Of a stretch of 64,000 bases of DNA, positions 49,109 to 61,271 are shown in pieces. The stretch covers positions 1 through 64,000 of the forward strand of contig RSEE01000002.1 of assembly GCA_003971905.1 (NCBI GenBank). Direction: 5' to 3'. Every line of letters starts with the position of its first letter. Within the stretch, counting starts at the first letter, position 1. Source of the stretch: Moniliella sp. 'wahieum'. Lineage: Eukaryota. The translations under genes were made by a program, and so were the position numbers. The notes under the pieces are model-generated. The model had not been told where the DNA came from and did not search any database. It saw nothing but the letters and a program-made list of their open reading frames with translations.

Positions 49109-50281
49109 TTAACTTCGTTGGCGAAGCTGCGCGTCGACATTGGCAGGTGTGGGGAGCGACGATGTCGTCTTACCCACTGGTGAAGCTTGGTTGGTGGGCA
49201 TGTTGGTCTCGGTTGGTTTCTTTGCTGGGTGGACGGAACGTTGCGATGGGTGGGAGAGCTGGCATGAGCGTAGCCCCGTACCGGCCAGCACCATCGCTGT
49301 GCCTGTCCATAGGTAAGCTGGGTTGGGTACCTCGGCGCCGCGTGCGCGCGCCCACGCAATCGACACGGCCAAGGAAGCAGCCTTGCGTACGGCAAGGTGA
49401 GGGTAACCCCCACCGAGCTGACCCGCGTGGTGAGCCGATTGACACCGGCAATGCACACAATCTGTGTCAGCGCATTGGCCAAGAGGGGAGACCAAAGGCC
49501 GGGTGGTACGAGCCTCGTGGACCTGTTGAACAGGGAGCTGCCAAGAGTAGGAGAGGGAGAGAGAGAGAGTGGTGTAGAACAGCGATTCCTTCCAGGATGC
49601 CTTGCCGTACTTTTTGAAGGTGCCTTCTTGCCACAGCCCCATGAAGCCGCTGACGACCAAACTGAGCAGAAGCAGGCTAATGCCAATCAGGTACTGGGCA
49701 TACATCTCCTTGGAGACACTTAGGCCATTGTCTCCCGTGCTGCCAGCAGCAAGCGTGGAGAGGGTTACCCCGCCAGTGACGAGCAGAACCGAAATGACTT
49801 GAAGGAGATTGTATCTGGGAGGAGGGGGAAGGGGGAAGGTGGGTGGGGGTCAGGACTCAGGACCGGCGATGGGGAGCAAGAAAGGGGGGAACACGAACTT
49901 TTTCCGGGCAATAGCCCAGCCCAATACCATGTTGACCACCAGGCCACCGGAGCGGAAGATGATGTGGACCGACATGGGGACGTGGAAGGCAAACGCGACA
50001 TTGTTGAGCAAGTTGGTGGTGAAGAAGAGAGCGACTTGGATGCCCCAGCGCTGGAGCGGCACGACGGGCGGGACGAAGCGCGGCAGCCAGGAGCCGCTGG
50101 GCCGGGCAAGCTGGGCGGGGAGGAAGCAGAGAGTGACGGCGAGAAAGCCCATGGCCGTGACGAGGGTGCCGCTGCGGGGAGGAGGACGGTGCACTGCTCG
50201 AGGGCGACGGCATTGGCCATGCAGCCGCCAAAGATGAGCGACATGGTGGTCGTCATGTCGGCGAGCTCGAGCGAGGGGCAT
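49109..50281 (-). CDS. YEA4: UAA-family nucleotide-sugar transporter (YEA4/SLC35B4-like); ends approximate
   Basis: SLIFGGCMANAVALE, LLNNVAFAFHVPMSVHIIFRSGGLVVNM, GLWQEGTFKKYG..WKESLFY, NALTQIVCIAGVNRL. Confidence 0.82.
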
Positions 50282-51543
50282 GGCGGGGGGGGGATGGGTG
50301 GCACGAAGAGAGTTGCTGTCGTCCACGGAAGGCACACCGGCGGCGAGCGCAGCAGGGATGCCTAGAATACGTCGATCTGCCGCACGTCTCGCCGAGTCTT
50401 CGGCCGGAAGCCAGCCCACGCGGGGCACCAGCGGTGTTGAACGTTGAACTGTTCATGCGGCCGGTGGCCGCTTGGATTTCCAGCCGGAGAGGACTAGGGT
50501 TGCGTGTCGGCTGGGCGTCCAGCGCTAGGGTTGCCCCCGCCCTAGCCAAATATATACTCCAACCGGAGGGTAGGACTGAGAGCGACAGAGCTCTCGCTGA
50601 CCTTCCCGCTCATCTACACCGCCGTCCCTCTGATCCCCGCTCTGATTCGACCGCCAGTTCGGTACTCTCCAAGTTTGGTATGGCGCCTAAGGCCTAATAG
50701 AGGACACAGAGGACGGCGCTTTTGTGTATGGATCGTACGAAGGCTATATACATGTGTGGCACGACGAAACCGTTCGGCCACTCATCTCGGAACTGGATCT
50801 AAGCAGTCCAAACACACTCTATTAAAAAAAGTGTCCTTCAGCTTGAAGCTTGATCGAACGTGTAAGAACCAAACGGAGAACCATTCACGTCCGGTAGTAC
50901 GATATAGTTTGGCTGCTCTGGGCTCCCATTTCCACTTTCTTCGTCGCGAGTGTCTCGCTCCTTCCCTGCTCTTCCGCTTCACACCCCCATGTCCTCTGCT
51001 CTTGCTTCTTCCCCACGAACAATTGCTACATTCCTTGGCCTAGTCCCACTCTGGTCTCCCTCTTCTTAGCCCCGACTGTGACAGTCCTCGCCTTACTATA
51101 TCGATCGCTTCACTCCTCCCTCTCCGATTGCCCCCACTTGTGGGGGCCGCGCAGCGTAGAAGAAGGGTGAGCTCACCCACACTGAGCCTTGCCGCCCTAT
51201 TCCCTCGGTAGGTATACGGGCAGCAGTAACTAGTAACTAGGCACTAGCATCAGAGTAAAGTACCTCGGGTGACCGGTGATCGATGATCCGGGATCTGGAA
51301 TCGATGATCGAGTGATCTGGGCTTGCGCCCAGGGCGGAATTGCTCAGGGAACGCGTCATGATGCATGATGCATGATGGATGATACCGGACGCGGATGGAT
51401 GACGTGTATGACACACACCCGCCCCCTTAAGAAACGCTAGCTGGGCTGGGTTCGTCGGTGCGCTCTGTGCTCTGCGCTCGCCGCTACCAACGCCTCCTCG
51501 GTCCCCCCCCGCGCTTTGCCTCGGTGCCTTGGCCCATTCTCCC

Positions 51544-52477
51544 ATGTCTGCTGCCAGTCTCCGGCCTGCGCACGACGCACTGATCCACGCATTCGACACT
51601 TATGCCCCAGGCTCCGACCCGGCCCCGATTCGTGCCCAGCTGACCAAGCTCAAGATTGGCCTGACCCAGGCGGGGCTCTTGCTGCCCGCGTTTGCGCCTC
51701 CACCGACGGCAGCGGGCCCGGACGCAGCGTCGGGCCACGTCTCATTGCCTGCCGATGTTGACTCGCTGGTGTTGACGCGCGACGTGCTGGAGGTGGGTGC
51801 GTTCTTCAGTGTACGCATCAAGGACGTCAAAGCATTTGACCGCTACATGGCACTGCTGGCAGTGTACTACAACGACTATGCACCGCAGTTGCCCGTGTCG
51901 ACGAACCATGAACCGTTGTTGGGCCTCCAGCTTCTCCGTCTCTTGTCGTCGAACGAGATTGCTGCGTTCCACACGGCCTTGGAAGCGATCCCCACCGAGT
52001 TGGTCCAGCAATCCTCCTATCTCCGCCACCCGGTCGACTTGGAGCGATGGTTGATGGAAGGCTCGTACTCCAAGGTGTGGCGTGCGCAGCGCGAGGCGCC
52101 CCGCCCAGAACATCGCTTCTTTATCGACAATCTCTTGGGTACCATCCGGCATGAAATTGCGTCGTGCGAGGAAAAGGCGTACGATTCGTTGCCACTGCAA
52201 GATGCGGCGGTATTGTTGTTTTTTGATAAGGTGGAGGACATTATGGCGTTTGCCAAGGAGGTACGTTTGTTCTTCCCCTGCGCTGTGGACCTGGTTCGAG
52301 CGGGTACTGACGCAGGAGGTTGTGGGGGGTCCCCTTGTAGCGTGGCTGGTCCATCAACCCGTCGAGCCAACCATCCACTTTGCCCAGACGAGGGACGATG
52401 TCGCCAAGACTGTTCCGCGCAAGAACACCATTGCGCTCAACTTGCAGTTTGCCAAGGAGCTGGAGACGATCGTATAA
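51544..52477 (+). CDS. RPN12: 26S proteasome lid subunit Rpn12; intron 52261-52340
   Basis: RDVLEVGAFFS, LGLQLLRLLSSNEIAAFHTALE, PVDLERWLMEGSYSKVW, IRHEIASCEEKAYDSL, FAKELETIV*. Confidence 0.93.
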
Positions 52478-53052
52478 CGCGGCAAAACCATCTCGTGGCA
52501 TCCTATGTACTCTTGGCTTTGAGGGTCACGTAGCATTGGGTCGGCTCCCTCATGGCGGACATGCGGGGGATGGAGAGAGATAGGAGGCTGCATGTACGTT
52601 GCATGAAGGAACAGCAGGAGATTCGCTTGACGGTTGATGGGCACAACAATGCTAGTCGTAGAGAGAGTCGAGTAGCATGGACAGGGGCATTCTACCCTTC
52701 AGCACCTGGGTGAATCGGCTGGATGCTCGAGGGTGTCTGTCCGAGCGAGGGCGGGGGCGGACAGGTGCCAGGAGGTGCCCGCCGGGACGGGCATCAACAA
52801 GTGGCTCATCACATGTGATGTGCATGTATGGCCAGCCGCACATGAGCTGAGGTGCTGAGGCAGGCCGACGCACGGAGGCGCTGAGGCAGCCGAGGCCCAG
52901 CTGGGAGGCGTGGGATGACGTAAGTGGTTCGCGTAGTTTCTAGCCGAGGTGTTTCGGGCGAAGGATATGTATGGGTTGCTGTCTTTTCTGCTGCCGACAA
53001 GGTCGCTCCCACCACCACCACCGCTGTCACCACCACCACCAACGCCTCAGGC

Positions 53053-55979
53053 ATGCGTCGCCCCCGCTTCTCGTCGCCGCTAAAAACGGACGTTCGCCGT
53101 GCGCGCTCGCAGCGCAAAACCATCTCAGCATCCACCTCCGATGTCGAGGATGCGCTCGACACGCACGACAGCCCTGCCTCCCCCGCCTCGCAACGGGCCA
53201 ACCCCACGCCCGCTGCCCGCCTCAGCGACGGCTCAACCATCTTTGCCGACATTGAACCCAACCCACTCCAAGGAGTCACGCCCGACACGCTTCAGGCCAT
53301 GCCCCGGCGCGAACTTACGGCGCTGTGCAAACGTCTGGGCCTCAAGGCGGGCGGGAAGAACGTGGCGCTGATTGCGCGCATTGAGTCCATGCTGCCCCCG
53401 CCCCCGCGCTGCCCTAGTGCGCTTGACCGATCTGCTTCTTCCCTTGCAAGTGAAGGATCGCAAGCCAGCGCACCTGCCTCCCCATCTGTTCACGCCACTC
53501 CCGAGCCCTCAAATTTCGACTCAACCTTCAACCCTTTCCAAAGCGGAGCGTTCCACTATTCATCCAATGTGTGCAGCGAACACGAGGATGAGTCGGATGA
53601 GTCTTCCGATCCCAACGATTCCCAATCCGTCTCCTTCATCTCTACTCACTACAGCGGCGCAAACGAGGATGTGGCTGAGGCTACTGCCCTCTGGATTCCA
53701 CCCGTCCCCACACCTCCCCGTCTTCTGTATCGTCCCCGTCTTCTGCCTCAATGGTGATGGAAAAGGTCGCCTCGAGTGATGGAGGTGATGCCGAGATCAT
53801 GGATGACAACCAAGATGAGCCATCTGATTCCAACGCAACCGTGGAAAGCACCCAGAACGAGCCTCAGCTGCCTTCCTTCACGAAGGAGGACCACCTCATT
53901 GAGCCCAAGACCCAGTGGACCCGACGGAACCCGTGCCCACCACTTCTCTCACATCTCGACCCGCAGCGGAGGAGATAACTACTCCTACGGAAGAGTTGGG
54001 GCACGCGGATGAAGACGGACCAATGCAACAAGACGACGAGCCCAAGTCGGAACATCTGGTCATGCCAAACGGTATGCTTGCCTCGCCTCAGTGCGTTGAC
54101 ACACATCTGGGTCCGATTTCCGTATCACCTCCAGCCCAAGACGCACACGCGACCACGTTGGATGTGCAAACACCGATTGATCGCGTGAAGTCTTTGCTCT
54201 TCTCTAAGGATCGTGGGCCCCTTGCTGTCTCCGTCCCATCATCTTGCCCCCCAAGAAGTCAAAGCGAACCAGTATCCGCACATCTCGCCCGAGGCCGTCT
54301 ATGCCTGGCGGCTGGTCCTTTGCACCCTTGGTAGCCAAATCGGTGGGAGCAGGACAAAAGGCATCAGCCGAGGAGCAACAAACTGTTGTCACCCAGCCTG
54401 AAACGCCTGGCACCAAGGATGAAGCAATCGAGGATGTGTCGTCTTCGCCTCCCCAGGCCCAAATTACGGAAGGAACAGGATCGCTTGCCCAAGTTCCTTC
54501 CAAGTCGGAGGAAGAAGTGGCAATGGATGTAAGCGATATTGCGCCGCCCAAGGCAACGGTCCCCACTACGAGCAACTCCACGTTTAGCCAGGTGACGGCT
54601 AAACTGATGGACGAGTTGCACGCTCGCCTCGCCCGTGCAAGTCCCTCGTCTCGCCTGGCTAAGAGAGAGGGACACGATTCGTCACTCTCGAAGAGGGAGT
54701 TGCTGCACCACTTTACCCTTCCATCCCCCCCGGGCGCAAGCTCACAGCTGGCACAGGAGCGCCGCTGATCCACGCGGGCTGGACCGCGCCTGCCCCAAAA
54801 GAAGGCAGTGTCAGCGCCAAATTTGCCGCGGCCCACGAGGCTCAATTTGGCAAGATGACCACATCACCGACACCGTCCGTCGGCCCACTGGCCATCCCGC
54901 TGCGGGACTGAAACGGACGCGGTCCGCAGCCTCGTTGGCCAGTGCCCGCACCGTGTCCGCGTCGAGCACCAGCGAATCGAGCGACCGTCGTCCCGCCAAA
55001 CGCTCTCGTCCTACCGTCACTCAGACCCGTGCTGCCACTTCCTCGGTGCCCCCCTCCCAGCCCTCCACTAGCTCTGCACCGCTCAACCGCCCAACTGCTC
55101 GTTCCCGCTTTTCCAATTTGATGTCTGGGGCCCGAAGCGTAGCCAAGAAGGCTCTGCCCGCTCGTCCCACACGCGCCGAGCTGTTGCGCACGCAAGCTGT
55201 CGCCCAGCGAGCTAGTACGCGGAGCGCCAGTACCACCCGCCCCCTCTCTCTTCGTGCCAGACCGTCTTCATCCAGTATAAAATCGGTTCGGACGATGGAC
55301 AAGCACATGCCCGCCACCTCTGCGCAGGACGGCGAAGCCCCAGGGGCAGGTGGATCGAGTACGAAATTGCTCCCCACCGCCATGGAGAAGGCGGCAGGGA
55401 AAGGGATGGGGACGGGGATGGGACGGCCCGGATCGTGCGCCCCGTGGCGCGCAACCAGGCAAGCCTGGCACCTGCTGGGAATGCCGGATCATCACATGGC
55501 ACTGCTTTTGCTCCCGCCGTACGGGGGGCCAGAGTGATCAAACCGATCCCCAAGCGGACCGCGGCCAGCACCAAAGCTCCCCCTCCCCCTTTTCGGCAGG
55601 TTGGCGCGGCCCAACCCCGGTCCACACTGAGCTCAGCGCCGCAGAAGATCAATGTCCCTGTCGCCAGAACGGCGGGCGGGTGCGCGGCCCGGACGGAGGT
55701 GCCAAATCGAGACCAGCAGGGACGGGTGGCCCTGGTAAAGGTGCCCAGGCCAAAGCTCCTTCCAAGCCGACCAAATTCATGTCGGGGAGCGCCAAGAGCC
55801 GTAGCAGCTCGAGCCGATTGATCGGGCGGGCCGGCGCACGCTCGACCGTGATGGAGGAGGCCAAGGTCGCTGCGCGCCGGAACGATGCTGCGCGCGCCAA
55901 GGCGCGCTGGGAGGCCAAGAAGGCTAGTGCGGGCGCGGGGATCGGTGAATCCGATCGTGTATACCATCATGAACGTTGA
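53053..55979 (+). CDS. Large low-complexity hypothetical protein with an N-terminal SAP-like motif (frameshifted in the assembly)
   Basis: LQAMPRRELTALCKRLGLKAGGKNVALIARI fits the SAP pattern. Consecutive overlapping + strand ORFs run from acidic to basic Ser/Pro-rich composition. Confidence 0.55.
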
Positions 55980-57339
55980 ACCTCATGGGCACGGCCAGTG
56001 CGGCGAGAAGATGAGCGCTGCAGTGTGGTGTGCTGGGTGCGAGATGGCGCGGTGCTAGGGTGAGCCGCTTTGGTTCTTCAATTGTTTGTCTTCTTTTTTT
56101 GGGGGGGGGGGGTTGGTGCCAATCGCTCTGTTGCATGGTTCCATGGCAGAAGCCGAACAGGTTGGTCCGACTCTCGTTTCCATTCCATTCCATGTTATGT
56201 TATGTTGTTCGTACCCGTATCCATGCAAGACGGCTCCGAGTCGGACGGCGAACGGCTCGGTCGCAACCGAGAGTTGGTGGTCGTAGTTCATCAAGTTGAG
56301 TGCGTGTAGTGTGTAGTAGTAATGCGCCGTACTGAAGTCGCATAGAACTTAGACGGAGTCGTAGGATCCGGCACAGCGCTGCTCGAATGCCAAGTATACA
56401 TACCAGCCGAACCCCGCAAGTTCAATTCGTATGCCCGTCCGTTCCGGCACTTTGCCCGACCTGCGCCGAAAAGGGTGGCGAGAGGGGGCGGGAGTTGGAC
56501 TGCACCCCGACGGGCGCAATGGGAAACTGTTGGCTTGAAGTTTGAAGGGCTGCTAGTAGCAGCTACTAAGTGGGGTAGTCCATCTACCGCATTTCGTGAT
56601 GGGTCGTAGGTTCCTGCGGGGGAGCCCACGCGATCTTGACACTAGTTTCCCTTGGCGCGGCAAGGCAATTTACCGCTCTCACGAGAGATGTTGGGGTGCT
56701 GGATCAGGTGTCGCTCGATGCTGTCGGTGTCAGTGTGTTTGAACGCGCGTGACTATTACAGTGACTTGACGGTTATGACTTGGCACGCAGAACGCATGCG
56801 TTTTTGAAGTATAGGGGAAGGTCCCGTCCAGTTTCCGCATGGGCCGTCTGCGGTGCCAGTCTGTGGGAATCTATCCGACGGGCCATGACATGTGACATGT
56901 GACAATTGACAGTGCCGCCAAGCACCGCCCCAACCAAATTACGGTCCCGGTTCGCTGCTGAATCGCTTTGCTGTAGCCTTTCTCTAACAGGAACGCATGT
57001 GCACTGCAGGCCATAATGTGTAGTCCACAGAAATGGAGAGCAGGCGCACGCACGTTAGATATGCAAAGTGGGTATGTATCCTATATATCCTGTTGAGGGT
57101 GCAAAATGGAATACGCGAGTAAGAGGGGGCATTGGCAACACAGTACCACAGTCACGAGCGCAAAGCCGGGGGAGGATCGGGGGGGTGGAAGAGTTTGTAA
57201 ACATCAAGCAGGAGACTCTGTTCCCCCTCTGGATGGATCAACGAAGACACGCGGAACAAGAAGAGGGCCGGATGGCGCATGCCCCCCGGGCGTTTTTGTT
57301 GAGCTCTTGATTCGCCTATCAAGCTGGCTGTAGCAACCA

Positions 57340-57804
57340 CTAACCTTCAAAGATGGCCAACCAACTGGAAGGAATCCAAGAAGCAGCAGGGAAGAGCCGC
57401 TTCATCCTCCAAAAGGAGGTACTCCAGCCATACAGGTGCCAGCGGGTGAACACTAGGTGGTAAGGCGGGGCCGGAGGGGGGGTAGCAATGGAGAAGTGGG
57501 GGATCAAACGGTCGTTTGGATCAGCCGCTAGCGCCACGGCACACGAGCAAGTCCAAGACGCAACCAACGTACCATAGTAGCCAAACCGGCGTCCCACAAA
57601 CTTGCCCGCATAGGGCAGCAGGACAGTCTGGATCACAGTTTGGAACTGCCGAACGGATGCATCCCATTCCTGCTGCAGCAGCGCCTCTTCTCCTCCGAGT
57701 CATAGTACTCTGAACCCCGATCGCTGTTGACCGAACTGGCAGCTGAGCGGTCAGAGCGGTCGGAAGCGGTGGGCTGCCCTGGGTCCCCCGCGCTTGCCCT
57801 GCAT
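57340..57804 (-). CDS. MIM2: Mitochondrial import protein Mim2-like; intron 57453-57572; start uncertain
   Basis: Acidic SEYYDSEE, then QQEWDASVRQFQTVIQTVLLPYAGKFVGRRFGYY/VFTRW, matching the Mim2 pattern QWEESL.QL..L...LLP..GK..GRR. Confidence 0.68.
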
Positions 57805-58682
57805 GGCTGGGATGGTTGATCGCAACGCATCCACCTGGCCATGGGTAGATGGGTGGACGAGTGGACGAATGGATGGGGATGGATGAGTGGAAGGGTGGAA
57901 TGGGGGGTAGATGGCTGGTCCCCTGTCAGCTGCTGCTCGGTGCTCTCCTGGGGTCCTCATACTTGGCTCCACACAGCGCCCTCCTCGGCGCAGTGTGGGG
58001 CAATTCATTCAGCCGCACCGAGCAGGTGTGGGAACCAAGTGGAAATGGCACTGTCAAATGTCACATTTCAAACGCTGCTACGCTGATTAACGATTGGCAA
58101 TCAATATTCACTCATCGTCATCCACCATCGACCGCATCCACACCGCCAAAGCTGCTGTCTGTTCTGAGCTCTGAGCTATACCACCCTCTCACGCTCCAAG
58201 TCCATGGGTGCGGGGGACGACTAGGGACCGCCATGGACCACCAGGGACGACTGCCCTGGGCAAAACCCATGCATATTGGTAGTACTGCGGTTGGCCTGCT
58301 AGCTTGATGCTGCAAGGCAAGCGTGATTCGATACAGAGAAACGAATGGTGAGCGCCCAGGCTGAGCGACAGGCAGCTCCCAGCACGCCACACCCAGCTTT
58401 TAAGACAGGCGGGTACCCCCGGCTCCCCATGGGCGCAGTAGCCGTTTGGAAATAGGACGAGGAACGAGGAACGAGGAAGGAAGAACGAGGGAAAGGGGTA
58501 AGGGAAGAGGTATGTGGGAGGAAGACGCATGGGGTGGTCCAATAACATGTGACATGTAACAAGCATCCGAGACGCCGACCAGCGAGACTCGGTCGGGGCG
58601 AGTGCGGCCAGGGAAAGGAGGGTAGTCGGGAGCAAAGAGGGTGGGGGCGGTACCAAAGTTCACGACGGGGAAGGGAGCAGGA

Positions 58683-60312
58683 TCAGCGAACGCTGAACGC
58701 AGCGAACAAGGCGAACGCAGTCCACGAGTGAGAGGGGAGACGTTTATTCCTCCTGCGATACTTGGCCATTTCCTTCTTGAGCGCCTGGGCGTCCAGCGGT
58801 TTCAGCAGCTCAAACGCACACAGCAGGTCGGCCGAGACGGACATGACGGCGCCAAAATTATCAAACTCGCCGCAATAATTGGGGGCGGAGAAGATGGTGA
58901 CCAGGGTACGGTCGTTCCAGAATTCGTACCCATCCTCCACCACCATGTGAGCGCGCGCTAGCAGATCGAAATCGTACTGGGCCAAGAATTGAGCAATGAT
59001 CGACTTGCCAAAACAATACGACACCCTCGCTCATTGTCCTCCCAGTCCAACGCAGTGTCCGACGGATCGGACCAGAGGAGGTCGTTGAGCAATCCGTAGT
59101 CCGGAACATCGGTTGGCCGTTCAATCCGCCGAATGTCGTCCATGTCCGACAAGGAAGGCGACAGCCCCCCATGCACGCAAAATATTTGGACGCGACCACC
59201 GCAGCAATTGGGAGAGTATTGAAAACATCGACAAAAGATTTCCAGATTTTGATGTTGGCGCGGCGCTTGCATTCATCGTAAAAACCGTAGACTATGCACA
59301 GGGCCGGAATGTTCGTTAGTTTCGATCGCGCTTGCCCGTTCCTTGGCACCAAGAATAGCAGCAGGAGAACGTACCTCGGGTAACGTTGGCGCACTCATGG
59401 TTGCCACGAAGAAGGAAAAAGTTCTCTGGGTATTTGATCTTGTAGCACAGCAGGAGCAGGATGTTTTCCAAGCTTTGCTTACCTCGGTCCACATAGTCGC
59501 CCAAGAAGAGATAGTTGGCCTGGGGGGGCCAGCCACACATGTTGAACATCCGGAGCAGGTCCTGGTACTGCCCATGCGTATCACCGACAATCTTGACGGG
59601 GGGACTAAGTTCGATCAGTGCCGGCTGGGACAGGAACACTTCTCGTGCCGCTTGGCACACCGCAACAATCTCATGATTCTTCAGCGCTGGCTTGGGCAAT
59701 TTGCCCACACTCTGGTATCCCGACTCGACCAGACGCGCAATCAATTCGTCAATGTCAAACGTTCGAATCGGGATGGTCGAAGCTGTGCTAGCTGCCGTGG
59801 GCAACGCCGCCTGCGGGACCGCGTTGGACGAAGGCGTAGACGAGCCCATGCCATTGAGGGCTGGGCCTCCATTGGGTGTGAACGGACCGGAGCGGTTGCC
59901 ACCGGGAGCAGAAGGACTGGGGGCCATCGGTTCCGCAGGAGAGGGGAGAGGACTCTCATGCCTACCGGATCGAAGGGGGACCCACCGCTTGAGGGCTGAG
60001 GAACCGGTATGGCCGCGGCCGCGCGCGAGGTGGAGTGCGGCAGCTGGGCCGGTGGGGGGGCGGGTGTAGCGGCAGGCGCAGGAGGAGAGGCAGAGTCGTG
60101 GTGGTGGTGGCGATGGCGATGGCTGTGGTGGCGGTGCGGTGGATGGCTGCCACCGGCACGGCCAGAGGCGGCGGACGGGGCAGGGGCGCGGCAGCATCGG
60201 CTAGCTCCGCCTCGTCGGCGAGCGAGCGGGGCATCATGCCTGCGTCGTCCGTCTGGAGTGGGCGCTGTTTGCGCGAGGATGCGCCCATGCGCTTGCTCAG
60301 CGACTTGAACAT
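58683..60312 (-). CDS. PPZ1: Fungal PPZ-type Ser/Thr protein phosphatase; intron 59292-59374; start uncertain
   Basis: [85 protein letters not shown]; long Ser/Pro-rich N-terminal extension. Confidence 0.85.
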
Positions 60313-60361
60313 GCTGCGGCGTGCGTGCGTCGAGGACGAGGACGGACGAGGGCGGGGCGGA

Positions 60362-60432
60362 GGCGAGGGCGAGGACGAGGGCGAGGACGAGGGCGAGGAC
60401 GAGGGCGAGGACGAGAGCGAGGACAAGGCGAG
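60362..60432. repeat. 12-bp tandem repeat (GAGGACGAGGGC)n
   Basis: About 5 copies directly visible upstream of the phosphatase CDS. Confidence 0.8.
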
Positions 60433-61271
60433 GGGGCCGCGGAAGGCGCGATGGAGTGGGTGCGCCTGCCACCTGCAGCCTGAGAATGCACACCAGCGTT
60501 GCCGACGGGGCATGAGCATGACCGGTGACGTGGTGACGCAGCGTGACGCGGCGTGACGCGTGACGCGGCCTAGGAGGCTGGGGCAGGTGTGTTACGTCAG
60601 CTGCCCGTTCGGGAACTGGCGGTGGCTGGGCGTCACACATGTCACATGTCAGAGGGGCGCAGAGAGGCGCAGAGAGGCGCAGCCTAACGGGTGGAGTTCA
60701 CCAATCGTTCGCCCCACCGCCCAGCTCCTGCCCCCTTGCCGCGCAGACCCAGACGGCGTGTGGCCAGGTGTGACATGTGACGTGTGAGATGTGATGTGCT
60801 GTGGTGCGGCTAACAAGCAAAGGTCCCTAGTATCTCTACCGACTACCGGCTACCCCTGACGCACCCACCGCACGGCACGCTTGTCCGCCCACGTGCGTGC
60901 TCCAAGGACGAGATGAAAAGATAGATGACGAGCAGGGCGGAGGCGGTGACAGCCGAGAAGGAACGGGGACCAGGTCGGTCCCGGGACCGTCGATCCAAGC
61001 AGCAAAACGGAAGCAAAAGGGGGGGAAAGGGAAAAGAAAAAAGAGAAGAACAAAAGAGAAGAAGGGTGCGAGGGTACGCCCCCCCCATCAACACACTGCA
61101 CAAGAACCAAGGGTGGGGCGGGGGGGTGGGGTGAAAGTAAAAGTGCGACAATCAGGGCAGTCGGATCAATATTCAATCCAACGGCCTTCGTGCGAGAAAA
61201 AAGGGTTAGGCGGAGAAAAGTGTCCATCCCATCCGCCTGCGCCTCCGCCTTGACCGCGCCTTCGACGCGCC

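Noticed and set aside
56290..57050. Possible structured ncRNA or small gene
   Set aside because: No snRNA, RNase P/MRP or SRP consensus recognised, and the ORFs are uninformative.
60362..60432. CRISPR-like array
   Set aside because: Simple 12-bp tandem repeat with no spacers, in a eukaryotic context.
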